DNA of 64,000 nucleotides, taken from assembly GCF_006345805.1 (NCBI RefSeq), contig NC_042997.1, positions 45,818,001 to 45,882,000 of the forward strand, in the 5' to 3' direction. How positions within the stretch are numbered: position 1 is the stretch's first letter; every line of letters starts with the position of its first letter. This DNA comes from Octopus sinensis. Lineage: Eukaryota. The notes below the pieces were generated by a model. That model worked only from the letters and a program-made list of their open reading frames with translations, ran no database searches and was not told where the DNA came from. Shown here in pieces: positions 40,090 to 53,794 of this stretch. Position numbers and translations under genes: made by a program.

Positions 40090-41337
40090 CACCGCCTTTA
40101 ACAGGTCGGCCGGATTTCTTTCGACGTCTAGAAGTTTTCCTAGGAACGTCTCGTCCTTTACTTTTAGTGGGGGATTGGAGTGTTACCTTGGACTACATGG
40201 ACACAAATAGTAATAGGGGTTGCAAATGCCTCAAAAGGCCTGCTCAGACGCTTTCAACTGTCTGACAGGCACCGACTCGATCACCCGAATGCGCCAACGT
40301 GGACATGGAACAACCACATCGGGTCGTCGAAATCGTATCTAGATACTATGTAGAACAATAGATAAAAATAGCGTAGGGTGTCCACAATTCTACATAGTCA
40401 GCTACACGGATCACAAACATGTGACGTGCACGCTAGACTTAGATAAGGCACATAGGCAGGGTCCCGGCTACTGGAAACTGAACGCGTCTTTCCCGTCGAG
40501 ACAGGTTTTCAGAGACCGGATTAGCACGCTAGTGATGGGACTTTGACGGGAGCCATCATCATGCAAGCTTAACATGCATGGCTCGAGAAACACCGGGCCG
40601 ACCTGCCCGAGATGCACTCAGAGCAACGAAACTGTTCTGCATGCACTTTTACAGTGTCCAACCATCTCTAACCTGTGGGCCTATGTCGAACGACTGCTAT
40701 GGTGTGGGACGAGTTAGTTTATCAGCCGAGTCTGTCGTCAATATTGTCGCGCCTCCTTCCCTGAAACGGAAAGGTAGAGCCATTTTCATCGTACTTGTGG
40801 CTATGGCGAAAGAATGTGTATGGTGGACACGTCTGAAAGGTCTAGAGACAAACACTTTCCTCTCTGGTGAATCTCTCACTAACTTCTTCAAGTATCACTT
40901 GAAGAGGAAGGTGAGAGTAGAGTAGGAAGTTTGGTCTAGTTAATGTTTCAAAAAAAGATGGGTGAATTTAACAAGGATGGCACGTGTGAATGACGGAGCC
41001 ACTTTGAGCATAATCTTATGAACCAGAAAAAGAAAGGAAAATAAGAGAGCCACTTACCGTGATGTGTGTGTGTGTATGTTTTTTTATTTTGCATGACATT
41101 GTTACCCGAGGTTACCGTGGTCTTTTCCGTAGGCTATTCTTTCCACGGAAAAACCTAATCCTTTTTCCTTTTTACATTTATGACATCTCTGTGATACACG
41201 ATCCCTATTTATTGGCACTTTTCTCCCACGATCTCTTTTGATCGAAATTTTATCCCCCCCATTTTCCCCCCAAAGAAAAGTTCTACATTGTATTTTGTCC
41301 CCTCTGTGTTCGGTCCTGTGTGGCCAATAAAGAAACA
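40090..41337 (+). mobile_element. Tx1/L1-clade LINE remnant (endonuclease fragment joined to the 3' end)
   Basis: TDHKHV and GPGYWKLNAS (Tx1-type post-endonuclease motif) at ~40410-40490, then ORF2 C-terminus and a 3' UTR homologous to 42280-43190; ends aataaagaaa then (CTAT)n. Confidence 0.8.
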
Positions 41338-41407
<70 letters not shown>

Positions 41408-41428
41408 CTATCTATCTATCTATCTATC
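41338..41428. repeat. (TCTA)n array between the Tx1-like copies
   Basis: Directly visible. Confidence 0.95.
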
Positions 41429-41429
41429 T

Positions 41430-43190
41430 CTGTCCATGCCGTCCAACAGCGTCTCCATCGTGGGACACTGGATCGACGGACCGGTTAAATTGCTCGGAGT
41501 CTGGTTCGGTCCGGACCTCTAAATGCAGAAGATCTGGGGCAAGATAACAACTAGGGTGACCACTCTCGTCCAGCAATGGGTCGAGAGGAAGCTATCCATA
41601 AAAGCTCGGGTGGAGGTGGCGAACGCGTAAATCGCATCCGTCATCGATTACCGTCTGACCGTCATGCCTTGTCCCGATCCTACCATCACCAAACTGGAAC
41701 GCATACTCTTCCGCTTCCTGTGGAAGGGAAGCGTTTCGATGGTTAGGCGATCCATTTGTTGTCAACACTTGCTAAAAGGAGGGATGGGTATGCCGTGGTT
41801 GATGATACTCATACATACGCTGAGACTGTGAGATCTCCGGCGCTTCATAGACGACGTTGAACAGGTGTGTTCGCCATTTGTGTGGTGTGCTTTCCCGCAG
41901 CTCGTCTCTTTGGCCGAACTGCAGTTGTGGATCAACTAGAAAGCGATGCTGGGCGAATGGCACCGCGAGTGCCGCCTTGCTCTCAAGCAACTCTGCTGTT
42001 CGGTACCAAACTTGTACGACTTCAGTTCCACAAAGGCGTTCTATAGAGGATTATTGCAGGGGAGATGCCACGACGTTCTCGGGCAGAATCTGGTCGTCGA
42101 GAAGCAACACCTGACTCGCCTATTCAGGACAACTTTCGGGCAGGGACCTATGGACAATCATCAAAGATCTCTGGCCTGGCAGTGCTATCGAGAAGCATTA
42201 CCTGTTCAGGATAAGCTCTACAGGCACGGTTCGAGACATATCGGATCGACTTGCCCGAGATGCGGTCAGAGCGACGAAACCGTTCTGCACGCGCTCGTCC
42301 AGTATTCAACCATTTCGGACCTGTGGGCTTATGCCGAACGGCTGCTGTCACGTGCCTCTCTGGTCCCCTCTCGTCATCAATTTTTTCAAGTACTACTTGA
42401 AAAGAAAGGTGAGAATAGAGGGGCAAGTTTTGTCTCGTGAAAGTTTTAATAAAAGGTAGGTGAATGTAGCAAAGATGATACGTGCAAGTGACGAAACCAC
42501 TTTGAGCTTGATCTCTTTTACTTGTTTCAGTCATTTGTCTGTGGCCATACTGGAGCACCGCCTTTAGTCGAGCAAATCGACCCGAGGACTTATTCTTTGT
42601 AAGTCTAGTACTTATTCTATCGGTCTCTTTTGCCGAACCGCTAAGTTACGGGGACGTAAACACACCAGCATTGGTTGTCAAGCAATGCTAGGGGGACAAA
42701 CACAGACACACAAACATATACACACACATACATATATATATACATATATACGACAGGCTTCTTTCAGTTTCCGTCTACCAAATCCACTCACAAGGCATTG
42801 GTCGGCCCGGAGCTATAGCAGAAGACACTTGCCCAAGATGCCACGCAGTTGGGACTGAACCCGGAACCATGTGGTTGGTTAGCAAGCTACTTACCACACA
42901 GTCACTCCTACTCCTATAGAGCACTTTGGTCTCATGCGTTTATTCTCTCCCTACCTGAGGTTACCGTGGTAAATTCCGTATGCTTTTCTTTCCACGAATA
43001 AACCTAATCTTGCTTTTTACACTTTTAAACCTTTCCTGTGATAGACGATCCTTTTTAATCGTTTATTTTCACGATCCCTTTTGACCGGAATTTTATTTTT
43101 CTCCTTTTTTTTCTATTTTAGAAAAGAAAAGCTCTACATTGTATTTTGTCCCCTCTGCGTTCGGTCCTGTATGGCTAATAAATAAACTTA
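41430..43190 (+). mobile_element. 5'-truncated Tx1/L1-clade LINE
   Basis: VKLLGVWFG, WVERKLSIKARVEVAN, FRFLWKG, KGGMGMP, and zinc knuckle CPRCGQSDETVLHAL; 3' UTR ends aataaataaa then (CTAT)n. Confidence 0.9.
42512..42917 (-). mobile_element. Full-length SINE-B nested in the Tx1-like 3' UTR
   Basis: Reverse complement of 16672-17084. Confidence 0.92.
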
Positions 43191-43445
<255 letters not shown>

Positions 43446-43910
43446 TTCTATCCATCACCATTGTCTTGGAACATCACCCCCCAACAAACCAAAAACAATG
43501 TTTTCTTCTAAATAAAACCACTCCCCAAAATATTTGTTTTATATAAATGAACAAGCTGTTTGTACAATCACAAAACTGTATTTGACAAGTTCTAGACAGG
43601 AACGAAAGCGCTAATAATAATGAGGAAATAAAAGGTTTTTTTTCCAAAATTCTGACGGCTTTTTTTCCTCAATATTGAATTCTGTACATCACACCTTACA
43701 CTCTATACATACATATACATATACATATACATATATATATATGTCTTTTTAGATTTTTTAATATATCTTTTTATTTTATTTTATTTTATTTGTAGTTTTA
43801 ATTGGGAATTTATTTATCGATGTATTTATTTATTTTTTTAAATAAACAATTTTAAATTGTAAAAATTGTAAATTTTATATACATATATGAGTATTTTTTT
43901 TAATGTGTAT

Positions 43911-43968
<58 letters not shown>

Positions 43969-43984
43969 ATGTGTGTGTGTGTGT

Positions 43985-45090
43985 GGGAGGTAGATGAAGC
44001 TCATTAGCCCTAGTGGGGGCAACTCTTCTGGGAGAGAGACACTGACATAAAACCAGCTCATGGCAATTACAGTCCATTAACTGGCTGCATTGTCAAAGCC
44101 ATGACTTTTGATGGGGGAAGACCGCGCTCCTGTTTTCAAACGAAGCCGTATTTAGGACAACCAGTATAGAAGAATAAAGCTCTGAATTCAAATTGACTTA
44201 TCACTGCTGGCTTGCAGTATCCATTTGAGGAGAAGCCTAGGAGAAGGTACTCCGATATAAAACCTGCAGTCCACTTAGTCCTAGTTATCTTTCTTTCCTT
44301 GTCACTGGAATCTACTATTTTGACCCGGAGAGTAGCAAAAGCGTTGTATAAGCGTTTGTCACTGAAATCCAATGAAGTACAGATGTCCCCGACAAAACAT
44401 CATCATCGTACAATGATCACATTTCAAAAGTCCAATGGCGATAGAGGCGTGGCGACGGATGCAGACTTGACCGGCTGGAAGCATTCAGTTACAAATCTGC
44501 ACATAAGGCAGCAGGGTTCTTATCTTAATATTGCTAAAATGTTTTCATGGACAGGAACTGTTTTCAGTGGAGAATCCTGTGTCTGAGCAGCTATTTTTAG
44601 AAGAATACTGCTCACCTGGATATACAAGGAAGGTGCTAGAAAAGGTGCACTAAAAATTGTTTGTCCTCTTTCTGCAGGTTAGTTTACTGCGGCTAACTGT
44701 GGCTCAATTTAGCAGGAATGTACAAAGAATTTATATAAACTATGATAACAAGCATGCAAGAATAAAGGTTTCTCTTAACCTGGGCTGTTGGAATGTGAAA
44801 ACTCTTTAAGATCGAGCAGATAGGCCTGCAAGAAGAACAGCTCTAATAACTAAGCTAAGGCGTCTTAATGTTGATATTGCAGCTCTTTCTGAAACAAGAA
44901 GTTGAGACGAAGATCATCTTGTCGAAAGAGTGGCAGGCTTCACATTATTCTAGGTTGGAAAACCGAAGGGAGGGAAAAGAGAAGGTGGTAGGGTCTGTAA
45001 GAAGATTCCTAGTGCTGGTGTACGAGTACCAAAGAAAATTGATGTAAAGCAGCTAAAACAGCCTCAAGTTATGCAGTTGTTTCAGAAGAG
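43985..45090 (+). mobile_element. RTE-clade LINE 5' portion (5' UTR plus AP-endonuclease start)
   Basis: 44780-44990 translates GCWNVKTLLDRADRPARRTALI..RLNVDIAALSETR..GFTLF.VGKP..KREGG. The upstream ggcaactcttctgggagagagacactgacataaaacc resembles RTE 5' UTR motifs (from memory). Confidence 0.8.
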
Positions 45091-45105
45091 ATGCAGCAAA
45101 CAATG

Positions 45106-45161
<56 letters not shown>

Positions 45162-46157
45162 AACACATACACATATGTATATATTTCACTAACAGGTAAA
45201 TTGACTGCTGTAGTTTATTAACTGCAGAGTAGTTTCCGACCTCAGCGCGCCAAAGTGAAGACATTTGAAAGACAGACATAAATATAATTTGTAGAACTTT
45301 ATACATGGTAGATTTCGTTTAAGCGTTCTGCATCTAGTTCTGGAAATTGTGTTTTGTAAACGATAGACTATGCTGATGATCTTGCAGATTTTTGTATATC
45401 CATATACATACATATTAACTAGTGAAACCAATTGGTACATAGGTAATCGTTTTTTATTTCGTATATTTTCATTTGTCTTGCTTATTTTTAAACTTTGGTC
45501 TTTTGCTGAGTTTTTTTCTTGAGAACACATTCTTCGTGGAAAATGGCGAGTTGACGTCTATATCTAGCATATAGGCTGTCCACGTTTAGTGGTCAGTCCT
45601 CTAAATTTCGTATGTGAAATAATTTTTAATCTTCGGATTTTTCAAAATATGCTAGGCCACTGGTTTTAATTGATTGATATCAATTTCTACCCTCATTTAA
45701 TTTATATTTATATATATACGTATATATATATATATATATGAATTGCGCTTCTTAATACACGTTTTATCTCCCATTCATTCTGTCCTCTCATATGTCACTC
45801 TTCCTAACTATTGTCTTGAAATACTTATACACAGTATTTATTAGTTTCCACAGAACACCCAGTTCTCCCCCAATAACTGCCGCAGCTCAAGGTTTCAAGG
45901 ATAGTCCACTGCCTTTCCTACTACATAACACCAGGATCAATCCAGCTGTTAAAGTTCGTATACTCGGACCAACTTATTAGTGTTGCCATTGTTTTGTGCT
46001 ATTTTGGGTGGAACGAAAATTCACACATCTTTAATGATGACATTTTGTTCCTCCCATACAAACATATACAAATATACACGCATATATATATACATACATA
46101 TATACATACATATATACATATACATGTATATACATACATACACACACATATATATAT

Positions 46158-46203
<46 letters not shown>

Positions 46204-46309
46204 GCATACATATATATATGCACACACATACACATATATATGTATGTATATACATATACATGTACATATATCCATATATATATATATATATACACACATA
46301 TATATATGT

Positions 46310-46358
<49 letters not shown>

Positions 46359-46489
46359 ATACATATATATGTATATATATATATATACATATATATGTAT
46401 ATACATGCATACATATATATATACACAAACACATACACATATGTATACGTTTCTTTAATCTTTCTTTAAATTGTTTTGAAAGTTCGACG

Positions 46490-47520
46490 GATTCATTTAG
46501 GTAACCGTCAATGACCAAGTCACGCACTGATTTTGATTCAGGCACTGGAGTTCCTCCTGGGCCAATGTATCCTGTTTGCATATCGTTCAGCTTTGGCAAA
46601 CCATCAGGGCCAGCAGCTGACTTTGTATCAGTCTCAGTTTTGTGTGCTGGTAGCGCAGGGCTTGGAATTTTGCTGCATTAAACTGCATGCTGTTGTCCTC
46701 AGCTCACCTCTATATTGCGTCCAACTTCCGTTGCAGATGTGCAATATTTCTATGATTTTATACTGTCTGAGAGACTTAGGTGTCATCTGCATAACTAGAA
46801 GGGTGGCTATCTGAGCAGCTGAAAGCATGTCTGAGAGGGCCACTATTAATAGCAGTGGCTCTATGACAGTACCCTGTAGAACACCACTTGCTATTTGTGT
46901 TTCCTTTGAGGTTGCTTCATTGGCCATTATTGCCTAACGGCTATTTTCCGACTATGCCGAAATCATGCAGTTTGTGACATATCATAGCATGGTTGACTTC
47001 GTCAAAGGCTTTTGAAAAGTCGAGATACATCACATCCATACATGAATCATTTAGCAGCTGTTTTAACATCCAGTCGTAATGTTGTAAGAGCTGTGTTAGG
47101 TAGTATCTACCTGGTCGAAATCCATGCTGGGTGTCAGTCAGCAAGTAACTCTCTTCAAGAAATGCGATTAGTTTCTTGCGGACTTTTCGTTCCATGACTT
47201 TGCTTATGGATGAGGTCAGAGAGATAAGCTTATAATTTTTAGCATCTGCTCTGCTTCCACCCTTATGGACATGGCATATTATCGCTTCCTTCAGTTTGTA
47301 TGGGAGCTTACCACTTGCAAGAAAGCTCTGAAAAAGAGGCTGCAGTGGTTTTGTAAGGGCTCATTTGCATGATCTCAGAAGGACCGCTGGGAATCCATCA
47401 GAGCCAGCAGCTGAGTTTGTATCAGCCTCATTTGTGGCCAGTATTACTTCTTCTTCAATTTTGATGTAATCAATTTTCGCGTCTTTGGTTACAGGTAAAG
47501 TGGCAAAGAATTCTGTTGCT
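46490..47520 (-). mobile_element. CR1-group LINE reverse-transcriptase fragment
   Basis: TQHGFRPGRYYLTQLL, MYLDFSKAFDEVNH, SGVLQGTVIEPLL, YADDTK (frameshifted), SVRDL. Confidence 0.9.
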
Positions 47521-50500
47521 TTGTTCACTTACCTGTGTCCCAGAAGTGTGTGTGCGTGTGAGTGTATATATTATATATATATATATTATATATATATATA
47601 TATATATATGTACACGCATTTATAAATACTTATATATATACATGCATACATGTGTATGTATAAATACTTATATATACATGCATATATGTGTATGTATATA
47701 TATATGTGTGTGTAGGGTATGTGTATATATATGTGTGTGTGTGTGTATGTGTATTATGTATTCGTTACTGATTATTAGCCGGTCATTGCTCTGTACGTAT
47801 GTATTAGATGAAAGTGAATGTGTGAATGTGCGTGCTTCTCTGTGCAAACTTCAAATATATACTCGTATATTATGGTTTTCGTTCTCGTGAACAAGCACGC
47901 TGCTATGTCATCGTATATAATTATCAGAAAGGGGATTCGAAAAATTAGATTTTAGCAATTGGCAACGTTCAGCTTTTGTACTGTGTTTGTTAGCAGCATT
48001 CAAAGTGATATTGTTACACGACCATCATATCAGCCTTTGATATCTAACCAATCACATGACAATTTCGTTATCGCATGGGAGTCATAAACAAATGCATTGA
48101 TGGATAGAGCAATGCTTTTGCAAAACATCCTGCATTAATCACACAAACTCATAGATAGACGAGAACCGGTTTTCAGTAGGGTCCTATCATTTCCGTAATA
48201 TAATTTATTACCTTTACGCAGATATATTTTCTTTTGGCTTAGCTCTATAAACCGAACTCATTTCTCTTCTGTTTACAACGTTTCCTTTAACAACAGGTAA
48301 CTAAAGTACTTGTATAATTCAGAATTCTCTTTTATCAATGTTCAATTTAACACTTGCTCAATGGGCGACCGGTTAACCGGAGCCGTGTATTACTTCTCTA
48401 AATTACTCAGTCGCGTTTTGTTTCACGTCGCTACATTTCGAGTTCAAATCCAGTTGGAGTGGGCTCGATATTTTCTTTTTATATTTTATTTGCTTGAGGT
48501 CGGTAAAATCATTCCCTGTAATATATTGTGTGCTAGTCGACTCACTATATCTTTCCTACTTTACGAAATATTAATGAAAACGTGTTGGACTCACGTTCAT
48601 AATGTCATAGGTTCGATTCCTGGATAAGGCGGTGCGCTGAGTCCTTGAGCAAGGCTCATCACTTCACATTGCTCCAGGCTACTCCTCTGAAAATGAGTAC
48701 CAGCCACACAAGTTGTTCGTAGGGTCAAGAGTAGGAGGGTAAAGAAGATTTCTATGTCTGCAAACCTAAAACAATTAGCGAAGTAAAGCGTTTATTTTCC
48801 GCTCAATATAATGCCAAATCTAGTCAGTAAGGAGAGCAACACAGAAAAGAGAGCAATTTCTGGGAAAACTCTGTTGAAACATTCAATTTCGATCCGATGT
48901 CGTAACTATTTCACTTCAGTTCGAACTATGGAGATGAAATTTAGTGGATAATTTATGGCACTGCAACGGCATTGGTTATATTTCTCTGTAGTTGTTTTAG
49001 CTCCGAATACTGGTCTGTTAGAATTATGATAAAAGCATACTAGCCGAGACCAACAAGTTTTCACAGTTATAGTTTATTTAAGTCTAACTAAAAAAAGGAG
49101 AGAGAGAACAGGATGTTATATGAGAGATTGGGCTGTTATATTTACTAGATCAAGTAACCACGTAATGACCCTCTCATTAGCTTACAAGTTGTAAGCTTCT
49201 ATTTACTGCGATTTGTTTTGGTAGCTGAATACATTTAATTATCCATATCTATCTGTAGCACAGACAGCATAATTTTCCGGAGAAAGTTCTGTAAAGCGAT
49301 CCATCTGATGATATAACCCTGATTAAATAAGTTAAACTATTGACTACCTTCCTCGTGCACTTCACAAAGTGATGAAGGTCTTACAATCTCATTTTCCTTT
49401 CTCCATACTTCACTACTCGTAAGGTATGTATATTGTTGATTGACGTTACTGGTGCACCAATTTCGTGACCCAACTTTGATTTCAAAGTGAGACACGATTT
49501 TATACTTAAGTTTAGGTATGTTATTAAAAGAAAAACATGAAGATCTCTTATTCTATTTATTCACACATTCACTATACATATATTATCTGAAACTAGTCAA
49601 GAACAAAAATGTACACAGTTTGTGAGAAGCTACCAGTAAGCTAAACGTTTCACAAATCATATGAATTCAAAGGCATGGAGTTTAGTTCCGATGTACCCCT
49701 GATATTTCACTTTCTTATAGTAAAGCAGACTCAACTTTACTGTAAGGATTAAGAACAATGAGCAAGATAATCATCGGAAATGGAAGAGATTAGAATTTAT
49801 TCTTGCTTAACCCTAAGTTTGATTCGAGTGAGCAAACAAAGGCCAAAACCCTTCGTTTACAAATGGCACAGAAAGGAAAAGGTTGTAAAAACTTTTATCA
49901 GGAGCGAGTAGCGTGTATTTTGAAGCGAAACTCTCAATAAATAATGGAGGTTTTTCAGGACTATTGCTTACAAACTATCGTAGATGGAGATCGTTGGATA
50001 GGAGAATTCAACAAACCTGTTAAAGGATATTTTTGGCAAAGGATCAAGAGGAACAGTTGTAATTCAGGATGTGGTAGAGCTGCGATTATGAGATAGAGAA
50101 AGATATCTTTATTTATGTAACGGGTGACATACAAACATACAGACAGCCAGTTGATGGCGGCAGAACTATGATCAAAAGCATTCCCACCGTGACCATCCCA
50201 TCTTTTTTTTATATTTTCAAGGAATCAATGACTAAGTTATGTAACGCGTTCTTTTTTCAGACAGTAAGATTTGCTCCGAGAGTAGTTTGGCTGGTATTTC
50301 TAGCTGATTGAGCGATCAGGTATGGTTTATCGGCTCGCTCGTTGTTGTCAGTGTCATTTTCACCGCAGTCGTTGTTGCTGTGGTTGTTGTTGTTGCTGTA
50401 ATCATCTTCGTCATCATTGCTGTTGTTTAGCCTTGGCCAGCTGGTCGAGAGCCAACATATGCTAAGCAGTAGCAGTAGCAGCAGCAGCACCACCACCACT

Positions 50501-50584
50501 ATCACTACCACTCACTCCACTCTTTCTCCAAGACCACCACCGCCACGCCGACGACGACGACGATAACGACGAGCGCAACGACGG

Positions 50585-50618
<34 letters not shown>

Positions 50619-51986
50619 GAAAGGCATTCTAGCCACAATCATCCCGTACTTTTATATGTTTGGGCTGGATTTGATTTAGTGAGATTCAGCTGCTGTTTCT
50701 AGCCTGTCGTTTGCCTGTGGTGACGGTTATCGTTGTTTTTGTCGCGGTTATGCGTGGTGCGGGAGTCCTTTACAACCCTTGTCAAAGCAAACTTACAATT
50801 AGAAGCTTTGCCTATCTCGCCCTTTTCCATGGCATAATACAATCAGTACCCCGTTATCCAGTATGTCCTTTCTAAAGGTATGAGTTGAAAGACATTTGAC
50901 TGCCATTTCTAGTAGATTCGGTGACCATATAAAACTGTTCCGTCCCTGGTTCACGATGGTAGTTGCTGTTGTCTGTTTTGCTTTTATTTAGCTCCGGTTA
51001 ACCATGATCAAGTAAACCTGAGATCAAGGATAGTCCAGTCTTGACCATCGTATCTTTTGTCAATTGTACAATGCACCGAGGTCTACGTTACCTAATGTGT
51101 CAATTTCTACGAGTGAAGGATGTGATTAGAGAAAGAGTTGGTTGTTGTTTCTAGCAAATCAACTAACCACGTTGAGGATTCCTACTTCGGTTTTTACTGT
51201 TAGAGTTTATCAGTTTAAGCGGTCGACTTATATTCTAAACCTACAAGATGACCAACTTTAAATGCGGAGTCTCGCAAACCAATGCGACAGTGTTAATCGT
51301 GTTACTCTGCTAAAATAGCAGCTAAATACCCCTCAAGTCACATCGTATAATCATAAAAGAAAAGATTTGTAGGACAATGTTATATGTTATCCTGAGTTCA
51401 TAGGAAAATATGCAATGGTCACAGACGGTATGCTTTTGATCATAAGTCTTCTTGATCACGTCTGACCTGGGGTTTAAACAATGGGTCACGTTGAGTAGCA
51501 TCTTCTTTTGGTTGTTTCAATCACTGGGCTGCGACTATCCTGAGGCATCGACCCCAATACTTATTTGTAAGTCTAGCACTCATTCTATTGAACCCATTTG
51601 CCGAACCTCTATATTACGGGGCCGTAAACAAACCAACACCGATTTTTTTAAAGTGGTGGTAGAGGACAAACACAGCACAAGCATAAAGACACACTCATAC
51701 ACACATACATGCATGCATACTTATACACATCTCGAAATGAGGAGTAGACAGATAGCCGACAACTGATGAAGGGTCCTTTCTCTCTGTTAACTTGTCCTCT
51801 TGTCCAGTTTTTTTTCTCGTTGTTTACGTATTTCATGTTACTTGCACGCTGGTGACGTTTGTGTGTGTGTGTATATATATATATATAGCATGGGTTGGAC
51901 GGTTCAGACCCCAGTAGAACCGTCCAACACATGCTAGCATGGAAAACGGACGCTAAACGATGATGATGATGATATATATATATATA

Positions 51987-52174
51987 TAGGGAGAGTTTAC
52001 GAAACAAACAAAAGACGAAGACAGGTGGTGTACAAAACAAACAGATGTATTAGTATAACGCTCAGGAATAGAAAAAGTCTTTTACGTTTCGAGCCTACGC
52101 TCTTCTACAGAAAGGGACATAGAAAAAACAAGGAGAGAAAAAAATGTGTGTAGTGGCTAACGATCTATCATGGT

Positions 52175-52178
<4 letters not shown>
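51987..52178 (-). mobile_element. Penelope-like element terminal-repeat-derived short repeat
   Basis: Flanked by (TA)n on both sides, carries a minimal hammerhead-like motif; degenerate second copy at ~39172-39290. Confidence 0.6.
52077..52118 (-). ncRNA. Minimal type-I hammerhead ribozyme-like motif (core variant)
   Basis: GUCCCUUU-CUGUAGA-A-GAGC-GUAG-GCUC-GAAA-CGUA-AAAGAC: stem I CUUU/AAAG, stem II GAGC/GCUC, palindromic ACGU stem III. Confidence 0.5.
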
Positions 52179-52224
<46 letters not shown>

Positions 52225-52227
<3 letters not shown>

Positions 52228-52528
52228 GTGGACTCCCTCGTCGAAGACGCTATATGGGCATTCAGTTTTTACCAAACGACCTCCACGAAAGATTTGTTTA
52301 CAGTACTCAAATGCTGCACATTAGCTCTCTCTCTCTCTGTCTCTCTACTAAATCAACGTTGCCTGAACAGGTGCACGTGTACCACGCGTCAGGTGTCGAA
52401 GTGATCGTAGTGCGACGTGAGATGAAGTGTTTTGCTGAAGAACACACCACACCACCCAGTCTAGGAATTGAAATCACGATCTCTAAATCGTGAGTGCATC
52501 ACCCTAAACAGTAAGTCATGCGCCCTCA
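52225..52528 (-). mobile_element. SINE-E-like head with a fourth tail
   Basis: Minus strand gagggcgcatgacttactgtttaggg...gatttcaattcct...gtgttcttcagcaaacac, then a body unrelated to tails 1-3. Confidence 0.65.
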
Positions 52529-53794
52529 CACACACACATGCACTCACACACATATACACACATATATACGCACACATACATATATATATATATACATATA
52601 TATACAACGGGTTTCTTTCAGCTTTAATCGACCCAGGGCTATAGTAGAAAATACTTGGTCAAGATACTACAGAGTGGGTCTGAACCCTTGACCTCATGGT
52701 TCGGAAGGAATCATCTTAATCGTAAATCCACGGCAATTTAATATTCTTCAAATCACTGTATCGTGATAGAAGAGAGCATGTTGGACAATGTGATCCTGGA
52801 TTCAGAGCACAGGAAAAGACGCGATGGTCAAGGTTACATTGTCTTTGAACACAGGTCTGCTTGATCAGAGCTGACCTGGGTTTTAAACAATGAGTTACAC
52901 TGAATGATAGGTGAAAAATTTGGGATTAATAATTTCGAAAGAAAAGTATATTCCTCGCTACAATTATCAGCTTTAATCCATCTCAACCGTGACCACCATA
53001 TATGTTTTCAGATAGTAAACAACATTATCCAATTTTTTTTCTATATGTTAGCACTGTAAATAATTGCATTTCGCGGGAAATTTAGCTGATATTTCTGGGA
53101 AGGAGAGCGACCGCGAAGACCTTTGCACGTTGACATACCGGAAATTACGTCTGTTCGTATTTCCGTTGCATTAATCACCTTCTCTTTCTCTCCTGCTTGG
53201 ACTTTATCCACTACAGGTTATTGCGGTTTAGTAGTAGAAGCTACTTCCTTTTATGCGTACACGTTAGTCACGTCAGTTAGTCACAGAATATTTTTGATAC
53301 AGTATGAATACTCGGTTGCAAGACCACCAACCAGAATTAGTTGCCAAAACTCCCGACCACAGGTCTGAACAAAGGAAGGTCACATCAGATAGATTAGTCA
53401 TTGATAAACATAACTACATAAATATCTCTGAAAGAAAAGTAAAAAAAAAACAGAAACAACTAAAAGTAAAAATGGCACGTGTCTTCTTTGAAAGGAAAAT
53501 GTGACTGAAAGTAGTCAATCTAGTGGCGTCGCTATATGTTCATCCGGAGTTGCCGCTGCTGCTGCTTTTGTTGCTGTTGTTGTTATTGCTGTTGTTGTTG
53601 TTTTGCTCCATGTCTATTCTGATTGAGCAGATCTATTTTCAAAGACATTCTGGTTTTGATTCCGACTCCTTGTGTAAATCAAATATACCCTTTCACTCTT
53701 CCTATTTTGAATCGGAAGAGTGTGTTTTGAGGAAGTTTGGCTACCATCACTAACAGGTTTGACATTCGCATAGAGGTTCTTTCGTCGGCCGGTT

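Larger units (their letters stand above)
48990..53125. mobile_element. Cluster of old SINE-D fragments in both orientations
   Basis: Recurring tatgatcaaa-gcattcc..gtgaccatccc and gatttggctgctatttctagc blocks at ~49000, 50160, 50620, 50860, 50990, 51300, 52760 and 52980; also at 14600, 17120, 25480, 56510 and 58030. Confidence 0.65.

Noticed and set aside
51760-51800. ctgatgaaggg possible hammerhead start
   Set aside because: No downstream GAAA or stem II partner.
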